Of a DNA stretch of 64,000 nucleotides, positions 1 to 11,800 are shown piece by piece. The DNA lies in contig NC_043004.1 of NCBI RefSeq assembly GCF_006345805.1, forward strand, positions 75,516,001 through 75,580,000, in the 5' to 3' direction. The stretch comes from Octopus sinensis. Lineage: Eukaryota. Each line of letters opens with the position of its first letter. Within the stretch, counting starts at the first letter, position 1. Both the position numbers and the translations under genes were made by a program. The notes under the pieces were generated by a model, which was not told the DNA's origin, did no database searches, and worked only from the letters and a program-made list of their open reading frames with translations.

Positions 1-984
1 ATGCAAGCAGTGTCTTTTGCTTCCAGTTTTCTGTGGAAACACTTCTAGTCATGAGGAAATATTACCTTGCTTGGAAACAGGTCAAGACTGGCAACAGGAA
101 GGGCATCCAGCAGGGACGGGCTGAGCCGTCAGTCAATCAGGCACTGCTCAAGGGCCCAGAGCTCTGAGGAGCACACACTCTACATTTTAACTCTCTTTGA
201 TATCAATGCTAAGGGGCCCAGTGAACAGTTATGCCCGAGGGCCTTTAATACTCTCAGTCCGCCCCTGGCATCCAGCCATAGAAAAATTCACCTCAACAAA
301 ATTCACCCAGAATCGTCTGGGTGAAACTTAGTACTTTCATAATTATGTTAATGGCTTTGAAAACAGACAAACAGACAACAAATTTAGAATGACTTTGGTC
401 ATGCTTGATAAAGATAAAACAAAACTGGATGTGAGACAATTAAGCGTGTTGAAAAAAATGGATGTTAAAAAATAACTAATACATTTTGTAGGAGAAATTG
501 AAAGAGACAACCTTATCATATAACGTGTGCCATTGGTTCAGCTTGGATTATCTTAATGATGGATTATCTTAAGGGTTTTTTCAGTCACTTATATGTTAAT
601 TCAATGAGCAGGTAATTCAATAGTTTAAATGACTGAACCCTGATAGTTGAATAAGGAGCAATGCATTGATCAGAGCAACAAACTCAAGGGTGGCATTCAC
701 TGGCCCTGTGACCATGCTGGAGCACCTCATAGTAAGTCAAATCGAACTCACTACTTTCAATCTAGTATCGTTTTATTGATTTCGTTCTTGTATGGCTAAT
801 ATTTACATATTGAACTATACAGGTAAACACACGCACACAGATACACACATACACACACATAATATACATACCTGTAAGTATGCATGTGTGTGTGTGTGTA
901 TATATATCAGAATCGAAATCGATCAATGGAAATCGATCATGGAATTGCAGATGTGTTACAGTGCCGGTGGCATGTAAGAGAACT

Positions 985-1290
985 TTCCGTTTCGCGACCG
1001 TTGCCAGCACCGCCCCGTTTGTGTCCGTTCCAGCCTCGCCTGGCCCTCGTGCCGTGGGCACATAAAAAGCACCATCCGTTCGTGGCCGTTTGCCAGCTCT
1101 GTCTGGCACCAGTGCGGGTGGCACGTAAAAGCCCCACTACACTCACGGAGTGGTTGGCGTTAGGAAGGGCATCCAGCCGTAGAAACACTGCCAGATTTGA
1201 CTGGGCCTGATGAAGCCTTCTGGCTTCACAGACCCCAGTAGAACCGTCCAACCCATGCTAGCTGGAAACGGACGCTAAACGACGATGAGA
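985..1290 (+). mobile_element. RTE-tail repeat (GGAAGGGCATCCAGC...CCAACCCATGC...(GAT)n)
   Basis: Same 3' module at about 35430-35610-, 48870-49090+, 51720-51872+, 53750-53950+, 56735-57050+. Confidence 0.7.
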
Positions 1291-1300
1291 TGATATATAT

Positions 1301-1336
<36 letters not shown>

Positions 1337-1918
1337 CACATTCCCACTGTGTGGCACTTGGGCAAGTGTTTTCTACTATAGCCTTGGGCCACCAATCCTT
1401 GTGAGTGGTAGACGGAAACTGAAAGAAGCCCGTCATATATATGCATATATATATATATATATATATATATACATGTGAGTATATGTTTCTGTTTGTCCCC
1501 CCAACGTCGCTTGACAACCAATGGTGGTGTGTTTACGCCCCCATATCTTAGCGGTTCAGCAAAAAACACCGATACAATAAGTAATAGGCTTACAAAGAAT
1601 AAGTCCTGGGGTCGATTTGCTCGACTAAATGCGATACTCCAGCATGGCCGCAGTCAAATGACTGAAACAAGTAAAAGAGTAAAGAGTGTATATATTTATG
1701 AACAAAACTGGATACAACTCACCCAACAAGAACTCACTACTTGAACAAAACTTGACTTAAACAGGATTCGAATAATCCTATCAGGTGGTGGTATTAAGTT
1801 AGACATGGCCTGGACCAATCTCTGGTCGAAACATATCTAAGTTTTATCTAAGTTTTATATAAGCTGAAACTAGAATCAATCAATCAATCAATCAATCATA
1901 TATATATATATATCATAC

Positions 1919-1979
<61 letters not shown>

Positions 1980-2805
1980 TATATGCATGCATGCATACAT
2001 AATTACATACATACATACATACATACATACAGACAGACAGACAGACACACAGATAGATAGAGACAGAAATAGAGAGTTGTGGGAGAGAGGAAAGAGAGAA
2101 AGAGAGAGAGGGGAGAGAGAAAGGAGAAAGAGAGAAGATAGAGAAAGAGAGAGTAATGTAGGAAGGGAAGAGAGAGAAAGGGAGGGGGAGAGAGAAAGTC
2201 CCACCAATAACTCCTCTTGTCAGAAGCTTTTATCACACCTGCTCTTATTTACTGAATGTAACTTTGTTAATCGTAATTTCTGCCAGAAAGCGTAAAATTT
2301 TAAAATCATGAAACACCTCATACGACTCTTGTATCTTATAGTTTTTTTTAACATTGTGAACATACCTTTATCGTATATTAAACAGAGCGAATGCCTTAAG
2401 GAAATATACAGCGTACGAACTCCATAAACATTACAGCGCGGGACAGTTACCTTAGCAACAAGGTATGTGTAAAACAACAACCGGAATCGTTTGAGCGAAA
2501 CGAAGTTGTTTCATAATTATGTTAATGGCTTTGAAAAAAACTTACGTTCGCACAACAAATTTAGAATGACTTAGGTCATGCTTGATAAAGAAGAAACAAA
2601 AAATAGACTTAATACGGTTAATTGTATTGGTAACGCACATAGAATGTGTGTGTATATATATATATATGATTTTTTTTTCTCTCCACGGTAACTGCAGAGA
2701 ATTTTCCCTGGGAAGTTGAAATATGTCACAAACATATTTTAATTAAAGTTTGCTTAGTCTTAATTACTGCTTGGTGCTGATACTGCTATTAACACACACA
2801 CACAC

Positions 2806-2843
<38 letters not shown>

Positions 2844-2845
<2 letters not shown>

Positions 2846-3483
2846 TAGCAGTATCGCCCGGCGTTGCTCGGGTTTGTAAGGGAAATAACTATATAAGCAT
2901 TTTTAGAGAGGTATAGCCAAAAAATAGCAAAAAATGCATTAAAAATGGAAAAAATATGATGGTAAATTTTTTGAAAAATCGTTGACTCATCGTAGACATT
3001 TTTAGAGAGTTACTTCCCTTATATAATAACGAAAAAATACATTAAAATGGAAAAAAAACGATGGTAAATTTTTTTTTAAATCGTAGACTCATGTAGACGC
3101 TTTCTTAGCCATTTCTATTTTGGTGTCTTCAAGCCATGAAGTCGTTGTTCTAAAAGAACGCTGGTCTCCTTGACAACGCATTACGACGTTGATTTCCTTA
3201 CACTCCCTTCCCCACAGGTGCAGGTGTGAGCGTGGACGCCAACTCCGCCGCCATCGACACACGAAAAATTATGCATTAAAAATGGAATAAAAAATGATGT
3301 TAAATTATTTTTAAAATCGTAGACTCATCGTAGACGCGCGCTAATACTCAGACGGGCTCGATATGAATCACGACTATAAGCTACCCGAATTTGGTTAAAC
3401 CGCACCGCAAAATGTGGGAGTAGTTAGGAATCTAAATCGAAGGGGACAGACACTCACACAACTACAGTTTTATATATATAGAT
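2844..3483 (+). mobile_element. Non-autonomous Helitron/Helentron-like element
   Basis: 5' ACTAGCAGTATCGCCCGGCGTTGCTCGGG with short hairpin; 3' TTTTATATATATAGAT; no TIR or TSD. The same 5' end recurs at 20494 and 29670. Confidence 0.55.
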
Positions 3484-3494
3484 ATACATAGCGC

Positions 3495-3790
3495 AGTAGT
3501 GGTGAGATGTGACAGCAAAGAAAAGCATACATTCACTCTCTGCATGCAATTAGACTCGGAAAGTTCGTGAGGAACCCATTGACCCAATTTGCTGACTTTT
3601 CCGATAGCACACAGGTTTCAATGAATGGTTGAATGACCAAATCCAAGCGTCTCTGCTAGTTCCTCAACAGTTACGATGAGATTTTGTTCCACCAGGGTTT
3701 TCAGGATGTCCTTGTCGAGTTCTACAGATCTTTCAGTATGAAGCTCGTCTTCTAGGCTGTTCCAATATAGCTTTGAAAAAAATAGCTGTT
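3495..3790 (-). mobile_element. Mariner transposase N-terminal remnant
   Basis: Minus-strand translation SLEDE...LKTLVEQN...TVEELAETLGFGHSTIH*NLCAIGKVSKLGQWVPHELSE contains the mariner WVPHEL motif. Confidence 0.8.
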
Positions 3791-3955
3791 AAAATCGAAA
3801 TGCACTCTTCAAAACTTGCACTATGAATAAGGACAAGATAAAATTACTACCTGCTTTTATAGCAAGTTAATATAAGTAGTTTATCCCATTCCCCTCTGAC
3901 TTTTAGTTCAAGCTGTTGAAAAAACCGCATTATTATATATATATACATACATACA

Positions 3956-3987
<32 letters not shown>

Positions 3988-4221
3988 CACACACACTCTC
4001 TCTCTCACACACATGCACACATTTATATTCTGTTATTCTTTTATATGTTTCAGCCTTGAGGTTGTGGCCATGCTGGATCATGTGTGTGTGTGTGTGTGTC
4101 TATCTGTCTGTCTGTCTGTATGTATATATGTATATGTATGTGTGTGAACATTAATATTTTCAACAGATGTGTTGCAAATGTATCTGATTGTTCTCAAGCT
4201 TCAATACTGTGTGTGTGTGTA

Positions 4222-4252
<31 letters not shown>

Positions 4253-4301
4253 ATATGTATGTATGTATGTGTGTGTATGTATGTGTGTGTGTATGTATGT
4301 A

Positions 4302-4332
<31 letters not shown>

Positions 4333-4815
4333 ATGTATGTATGTATGTATGTATGTATGTATGAGTGTATGTTTACTTTATTACTAACACAAGCCACTAC
4401 GGTTATTTAATGTAAAGTCTTCCTCAAATCACTATCTCTGGCTATTTACTCTCTTCCAAGAACATTTTCACTCACACTTATGTGTTAGCTTCCCATACAT
4501 TTTACTCATGTATCTATCAGCGTGATAGAAAGAAACAAATATTACATCTAGTTTCACTTTATTCGTTGCCCACTGTGTGTGTGCGTTTGCGTGTGGTGTA
4601 AACCAGACTAAGAAAAGCATTTGACACACACACCAGAATGTGAGTTTTCTGTAAATTTTGCTTAATTGGAGTTTAAATTTTAAAAACTGGACCTGGCATG
4701 ACGCGATGCATTGTACTCTTAAAAATGCTAGGTAAATTGTAATTGAAGAAATGCTATATTGTAGATTTCTATAACTCCCAAAGGGAGGCAGATAAAATCT
4801 GCCTTTTATAATAAG

Positions 4816-4858
<43 letters not shown>

Positions 4859-5260
4859 ATTCTTTCTTTACTTGTTTCAGTCATTTGACTGCGGCTATAC
4901 TGGAGCACCGCCTTTAGTCGAGCAAATCGACCCCAGGACTTATTCTTTGTAAGCGTAGTGCTTATTCTATCCGTCTCTTTTTGGCCGAACCGCTAGGTTA
5001 CGGGGACGTAAAAACACCAGCATCGGTTGTCAAGCGATGTTGGGGGGACAAACATAGACATACAAACATATACACTCACACACACACACATTTATATATA
5101 TATACATAACATATATTCGATGGGCTTCTTTCAGTTTCCGTCAACCACGGCCCGAGGCTACAGTTGAAGCCACTTGCCCAAGATGTCACGCAGTGAAACT
5201 GAAACCGGAACCATGTGGCTGGTAAGCAAGCTACTTACCACACAGCCACTCCTACATACA

Positions 5261-5305
<45 letters not shown>

Positions 5306-5567
5306 TACAAATAATATATATATGCATAAATGCATACATACATGTACATACATATACATTTGTATATACACATGCATATATGGGTACAGGACGTCAAAAA
5401 ACGTAATCAGCATGAAAAACGAGAACATGAAATACAAAAACATCAGCTGTCCACTGTTTTATCTACTCCTCCGCCTACCAGTTTCGTAGGTGGAGTAGGA
5501 ATTCAAAGTCATGATGGCAAGAGCAATCAGAACATTGCTCCCCTCTGAGAATGAAAGAGCCAGACCC

Positions 5568-5803
5568 TGTTGTTGTTATATATATATAATATTGAGTATT
5601 AAAGGAAGTAGTGAGTATTTAGTATGAAAGATTAAGAAAATGAGAGAGACTGAAACAACGTGTTAACGATACGAGATACTTTATTCGACTGCCGTTGTTG
5701 TACAAGTTAATTGTTTTGGCGGGAAACAAAGTGAAAGTCCTTTTATCAAGGGAGACAATGGGCGACGTTGATTGTTCATGTTTGTTGTGATGATTATATA
5801 ACA
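5568..5803 (-). repeat. 3' LTR of Gypsy element
   Basis: Reads identical by eye to 9861-10096; TGT...ACA termini. Confidence 0.97.
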
Positions 5804-5823
5804 TCTTCCTTTTTTTTTTTTTT
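5804..5823 (-). promoter_or_regulatory. Polypurine tract
   Basis: A-run plus GGAAGA immediately before the 3' LTR on the minus strand. Confidence 0.8.
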
Positions 5824-5829
5824 TTATTT

Positions 5830-8204
5830 TTTTATATCATCATCTGTATCTACAGGAATAATTATTCGTCGTCCACTCTTTGTGGTTTTATTTTTTGTAG
5901 TGTTGAATTCTGTAGTTGTGCTGTTTTTGTTTTTTCATGCGTGTTTGTTGACTTTGGAAATATATTTTCATAATCTAATTCTTCTGTTATGCGAACGTGT
6001 TCGTTTGTTTTAAGAATATGTTGTCTATTTCGTTTGACTGTATTTCCTTCCTCTGTTATTACTAAGTATGAACGAGGTTGCTCTAGTTTTTTTAATTATT
6101 TTGCCCCTTCTAAACCAATTGTTGTTAAACTTAATTCTAACCGTGTCGTGTGTTTTAACTCTGGGAGTTCTGTTGTAATGTTTGATTTCTTCTTTTCGTG
6201 AGGCCTGATACCAATTTTGTCGTGTAGTATGTTTGGGAGATTTGTTCGCAATGTTCTATTCATTATTTGATTTGCAGGGGATGGTGCACCATTTTGTAAT
6301 TTAGTCGTGCGTAATGCTAAGAGCGCTAACTGAGGTTCTTCGTCACTTTTGAATGCCTTTTTTAGCGTCTTTTTTATTGTCTGTATATTTCTCTCAAACA
6401 TGCCATTCGCTTGATGATAATGCGGGCTTGTCTTCGTGTGATGAAAATGCCAACTTTTTGCAAATTTTTTGAATTCAGCCGAATTGAATTCTGGACCGTT
6501 GTCACTTACAACTGTTTGCGGAATTCCGAATTTAGCAAAAGTTTCTTTTAATTTTTTGATTACGGTTTTTGACTGGCAATCATTTATTTCGTGTAGATCA
6601 AAAAATCTTGTTGTATAGTCAATAATTGTGACATACGAATTTCCAGACAGGTGAAATACGTCTGTACCCACTTTGGTCCATGGTGTAGTAGGTATTTCAT
6701 GATTTATTAGTGGTTCGGCTGCTTGTTGATTTTTGTAGTCAATGCAGTATGAGCATGTGTTAATCATGTCTTTGATTTGAGCGTTAATGCCGGGCCAGTA
6801 TATACATTCCTTGGCTCTCTCTATGCATTTTTCGATACCCATGTGTCCGGTATGTATTTCCTGTAGAGCTTCTCTACGTAATGACTTAGGTACAATTATT
6901 CTTGAACTTTTAGAACAAGACCATTGACGATTGATATTTCATCACGAACGGATACGAATGGTTTGATGTTTATTGGTATTTTGTCTTTTGGGGGCCATTC
7001 TGTTCTTGTATATGTGACGAGTGTCTGTAGAGACGGGTCGTCTGCAGTGGCTTCTTTATACTCTTTTAATTTAGTGTCGGTTATGGGGTAATTTTTTATT
7101 ACTGCATGAATGTGCGATTTCATATCTTCGTCTGATACTTCTGGAGTATTTTGCTCAAGGTATGCACGTGATAGGGTATCTGCAACAATTGATTCTTTAC
7201 CAGGTATGTGGTTTAGGTCAAAATCATATCTTTGTAATGTTAGTAGAAATCTTTGGATTCGGGGGGGGGGGCATTTAGTGATCGATTTTTTGAATATTTG
7301 CTTCAACGGTTTATGGTCATTATCGATTCTGAAATGAGTTCCGTATATAAACTGATGAAATTTCTTGCATGCGAAAACTATACTGAGAGCTTCGCTCTCT
7401 ATCGGACAGTTTTTTTTGTTCCGCTTGAGTTGTTGCACGAGATGCAAACGAAACAGGTAGCCATCTTTCGTTGTGTTTCTGCTCAAGTATCACTCCGAGC
7501 CCATGCTTACTAGCATCTGTAGTTATTTTTATTGGTAGATCTGGATCATAAAATTGTAGCACTGGTTTTCTGGTAATCATTTCTTTTAGCTTTTTTATTG
7601 CTTCGATTTGTGGTTTGTCGAATGACCATAACGTGTCACTCTGTAGAAGCTGGCGCAATGGTGCTGTGACTTCGGAGTAATTAGATCAAAATTTACATAG
7701 GTAATTTGTCATACCTAGGAATCTTTGTAATTCTTTTTTACTTGTTGGCAGTGGCATGTGAATGATTGCTTGTACCTTGGTTGGATCTTGTTTTATCCCT
7801 TCGCTGGTTAATATATGCCCAAGGTACTTGATTTGTGATTCATAGAAGATACACTTTGATTTATTTAACTTTAATCCGTGCTTTCGGATTCGATCGAAAA
7901 CTTGTTGTAGTCTATTTGTGTGTTCTTCTAAAGTGTTGGACCAGATTATGATGTCATCCTGTGAATTTCTTGCTCCTTCTATGCCCTCTATTATTTTTGA
8001 AATTTCTTTTTGGAAAACTTCACTGGCGCTGTGAATTCCAAAGGGTAGTCGTGTGAAGCGATACCTTCCAAAAGGTGTGTTGAACGTTAAAAGATGGGAG
8101 CTTTCTTCGTCAACTGGAATTTGCCAGTATCCATTAGATGCATCGAGTTTTGAAAAATATTTAGGGTTATGCATTTGTGCAAAAATGTCCTCCGCTGTAG
8201 GGAG
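5830..8204 (-). pseudogene. Gypsy pol (RT, RNase H, integrase) broken by stops and frameshifts
   Basis: RT KLDASNGYWQI and SQDD; RNase H DASKHGLG and DHKPL; integrase HTGH...CSYC, GTDVF, SDNGPEF, ERNIQT and C-terminal PRSYLV...RNRQH; split over 5 reading segments. Confidence 0.93.
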
Positions 8205-9806
8205 TTAATGTTGCCTTTTTATGGCTTTGTTTAGATTCTTGGGGTCTAAACAGAGTCGGAGTTTTCCGTTCGCTTTTTCAACGATGACTAGGGAATTTAC
8301 CCAGTCTGAAGGTTCACTAACAGGTTTTATGATATCTAATTCTGTCATTCTTTTTAATTCTTTGTTGAGTTTTTCTTTTATAGAAAAAGGAACCGATCTT
8401 GGTGGATGAATTACAGGAGTTATTTGTGGATCCACTGTGATATGATGTGTTATTGACAAAGTGCCGATTTCTCCGAAACAGTCTTCATATTTTTCTAATA
8501 TGTCGTTTGTGTTCGACGAATTTATTTTTGAAATTCTCTGAATCAGGTTCAGATCTTTAGCTGTCTTTGCATCTATAACTGCGTGCGAGTTTGTTTTTGC
8601 AACAATGAATTTTATTTGCTTTGATAATTCTTTGTATTTAATGACTGCTGTGCATTTTCCTAGCACTTTTATAGCTGTGTTATTGTAAGCTGATAATCGA
8701 GTTGAGGTTTTTTGCAGTTGTGGTTTTGGAATTATATTTCTATATTCTCTGAATGGCAGTACGGTTACGTCTGCTCCTGTATCTATTTTGAATGTTACAT
8801 TCGAGTTGTTCACTTTTAGTTCGACCGTCCAAATGCCTTTTGGAGTCTTGAACTTTTCGATTTTGTGCACGCGGGAATTATTTGCAGTGATCATTTCGAG
8901 TGCATGTGTATCGTCATCTGATTCATCGTCGGTATGTATCTCTACTTTATGTACAAATTTTCTTGATTTGCACATTTTTGCATAGTGTCCTTGTTTCTTG
9001 CATTTTTCACATGTCTTGTGAAATGCTGGGCATTTATTTCTTTTGTGATTATAACCACAATAGTGACAGTTAGTGACGTAGTGTTGACTTGGCGCTTGAA
9101 ACTTCGCGGGCTTTCTGTCACTTCCGCCTTGTTCGTTTTGATGTCTGTATTGCATATGGCGGGTTATTTGAGTTTTGGCGCCTTTTCTGTCGTGTTGACT
9201 ATATACCCTCGAGATTTCGTTATCTCTTGTTTCGGATGTGGCATTTAGCATCCTTGATTGGAGTCGTGTTTGCTCTGCACTCTGACCTGCATGAATTGTT
9301 TTTTGTAGGTCTAAATTTGGTTCTCTCAATAATCTTTCTCTTAATCTCATGTCTCTGATTCCACATATCAGAATATCTTTGGTGAGACTGTCTGTGAGGT
9401 TGCCGAATTCGCACTGTTGTGCCTTTTGGCGCAACTCTACTACATACTCATCGAATTTTTGATGTTCCGCTTGTCCACATGTGAAGAATTTGTGTCTTAG
9501 GAAAGTTATGTTTTTCCTGGGTTCACAATATGCATCGAATTTTTCGATTACTGTCTGAAGGTTCATTTCTTCGTCGGGTGAATCGAAATCCAGTGTGGAA
9601 TGGATATCTCGGCCTTTAGAACCGATGCAAGTTAAAAACATTGAAGTTTTTACTTTGTCTGGCTTCATGTCACTTTCTGTTGCTATCAAAAAGAGATTGA
9701 ATTCTTTTTTCCACTTTTTCCATGCTGCGGCTAGATTTTCCTGATTAAAGTCTAGGTCTTTTGGATGCGGTAAATTTTCCATTTCGTCTTTGAAGTATGA
9801 TTTCAA
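8205..9806 (-). CDS. Gypsy gag-protease with N-terminus of RT (533 aa, ends at premature stop)
   Basis: Zinc knuckle CEKCKKQGHYAKMC, aspartic protease FKIDTGADVTV, RT start WVNSLVIVEK...LRLCLDPKNLNKAIKR. Confidence 0.93.
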   Translation of the reverse strand: MKSYFKDEMENLPHPKDLDFNQENLAAAWKKWKKEFNLFLIATESDMKPDKVKTSMFLTCIGSKGRDIHSTLDFDSPDEEMNLQTVIEKFDAYCEPRKNITFLRHKFFTCGQAEHQKFDEYVVELRQKAQQCEFGNLTDSLTKDILICGIRDMRLRERLLREPNLDLQKTIHAGQSAEQTRLQSRMLNATSETRDNEISRVYSQHDRKGAKTQITRHMQYRHQNEQGGSDRKPAKFQAPSQHYVTNCHYCGYNHKRNKCPAFHKTCEKCKKQGHYAKMCKSRKFVHKVEIHTDDESDDDTHALEMITANNSRVHKIEKFKTPKGIWTVELKVNNSNVTFKIDTGADVTVLPFREYRNIIPKPQLQKTSTRLSAYNNTAIKVLGKCTAVIKYKELSKQIKFIVAKTNSHAVIDAKTAKDLNLIQRISKINSSNTNDILEKYEDCFGEIGTLSITHHITVDPQITPVIHPPRSVPFSIKEKLNKELKRMTELDIIKPVSEPSDWVNSLVIVEKANGKLRLCLDPKNLNKAIKRQH

Positions 9807-9849
9807 CTTCTTTTTTCCTTTGGTTTCTGTATTTTGGGTTCTTTTAGTA

Positions 9850-9860
9850 TTCTGACACCA
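9850..9860 (-). promoter_or_regulatory. Primer binding site, probably tRNA-Leu
   Basis: TGGTGTCAGAA directly after the 5' LTR, complementary to a tRNA 3' end ...TTCTGACACCA (as in tRNA-Leu(CAA)). Confidence 0.8.
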
Positions 9861-10096
9861 TGTTGTTGTTATATATATATAATATTGAGTATTAAAGGAA
9901 GTAGTGAGTATTTAGTATGAAAGATTAAGAAAATGAGAGAGACTGAAACAACGTGTTAACGATACGAGATACTTTATTCGACTGCCGTTGTTGTACAAGT
10001 TAATTGTTTTGGCGGGAAACAAAGTGAAAGTCCTTTTATCAAGGGAGACAATGGGCGACGTTGATTGTTCATGTTTGTTGTGATGATTATATAACA
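9861..10096 (-). repeat. 5' LTR of Gypsy element
   Basis: Reads identical by eye to 5568-5803; followed on the minus strand by the PBS. Confidence 0.97.
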
Positions 10097-11489
10097 ACCC
10101 TTGTAGCGGCACAAGCAGCCAGTGCCATATTGGATGAGATCTTGCGACAGCCATTGCCATCTCCGAGATTGGAGCGAGACCTCACCTGCATCCATTTGCC
10201 ATGCGCGAGATCACAAGGAGTCTCGCGATAGAAAACTATATAAATGGAAAACACTCTTCAAATCTCTCTTCTTTGGCGCCACTGCACAGCAGCGCTTGCT
10301 GAACACACCACTGGCTGGGGGCAATTTGCACCCGCACTATAGGAGCTCAAGATAGTAGCTGAGAGCAGCACACTTCACCTTTCCTGTAAATAAACCAGTT
10401 GTACTTGAAGTCTTCTCTCTTCGCCTGCCGAAAACCTGAACCACATGAAGAACAAGAGATGATGGAAGGAGACGATATTCTTCCGATATCGTAAACCTTG
10501 CCTTCCATCATTAAACGCTCAACAAGACCATAAAGTGCAGCAAAATGCGGAAGCTTCAGGAAGTTGTGAAGAAGGCAGAAACATACCGGACGCACCAGGA
10601 GGTTGTTGGCGTAGTTTGTCTAGGACGGCCAGGACTTGACGAGTACAGCACCAAGACTTGGAAAAACACCAATACCAGAAACAAAAAGGGGTTTATAACA
10701 CAAAGGGTCTGCAATTGAACGCAGGAGAATTGCTAGGTGAAGACAGATGGGATTACCCACTAAGGACAGTGAATACAGTGGGATCAGGCTAACCCTAAAT
10801 AACCCTAAAATGTGTACCAATAAAAACAAATGCCATTCTGCAGGTAGTGTAGCACCCACATTTTAACCAGATGGCCTAGGGAACTAGGAGAAAGTTAGTA
10901 CAAGTGAGACCTAACACGATCCTTGAAAAAACTCACCAAGGGGACAGGTCCGCAAAGGGTTATGGCTTACAAACACCAGTGTAAAAGTATAGCGTGCAGT
11001 TGTGGGTGTATATGTGTGTGTGTGCAAATAATTATGTATGTGTGTGAGTGCACATTCATGTACATGTGTGTTCTGGCGTTTGCGTGTGTATGTGCGCGTG
11101 TTTGTGCGCGAGATAGCGAAAGACAGACAGACGGACAGAGGGAGATTATGTACGTGTGCACGCACACACGCGTTTGTGAGGTGTAGTGGATTCTATAAGT
11201 GTGTGTGTGCGTGCGTGTGCACATGCGCGTGCAGAGAGTGTTCGTGCGTATGTGCATCACTGTGTGTATATGTCTATATTGTGTTACTCGTTTATGGAAT
11301 GGTACGGACTGAATTACAGCTCAGTACCATTCCACCTTTTTATCCCAACAGCACAAAGAAATATGGAGTTTGAGGTCTGATCAACTCCACTTCGCCCTCG
11401 CATGCAAAGTATATAGTTTCGCACACGCAAATACACACAGATGTGTGTTTAACACGCCAGTGATTTGGCGGTGGTGGTGTAGTCTCAAC

Positions 11490-11800
11490 ATTTTAAACCC
11501 ATTTTTTTTTAAGTGACGGTTTCCATTCATTTCTTAGTGTAATCTCCTCTACTGTCGTAAAGATGTATCAGATGGATGCATGAAAAGTATCTTCTGTCTA
11601 TCTTATTCAGCAGCCGTCTTTAGCATGCTGAAAGAGTGCCGACGTTGGTTTATTATCGTACAATTCGTTCCAGTGGACCCCCATTTTTTTCGCTATACTT
11701 CCGGCAGTCTCCTCGGTATATGCTAAGGTCGAGTTTTTACATTTGCTCACGATACATTTTAAGTGGTAAACTACGTTCTCATTTTACAATTGCACAACTC
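11490..11800 (-). mobile_element. Penelope-like element GIY-YIG endonuclease remnant
   Basis: ENVVYHLKCIVSKCKNSTLAYTEETAGSIAKKMGVHWNELYDNKPTSALFQHAKD, then a frameshifted KILFMHPSDTSLRQ...GKPSL. Confidence 0.6.

Larger units (their letters stand above)
5568..10096 (-). mobile_element. Full-length Ty3/Gypsy LTR retrotransposon, disabled
   Basis: Two 236-bp LTRs (TG...CA), 4-bp TSD ACCC (5564-5567 and 10097-10100), PBS, PPT, and gag-PR-RT-RH-IN domain order on the minus strand. Confidence 0.97.

Noticed and set aside
8190-8210. Programmed gag-pol readthrough at the TAA ending the 533-aa ORF
   Set aside because: The stop lies inside the RT domain after protease and coincides with loss of a conserved codon, so it is a lesion
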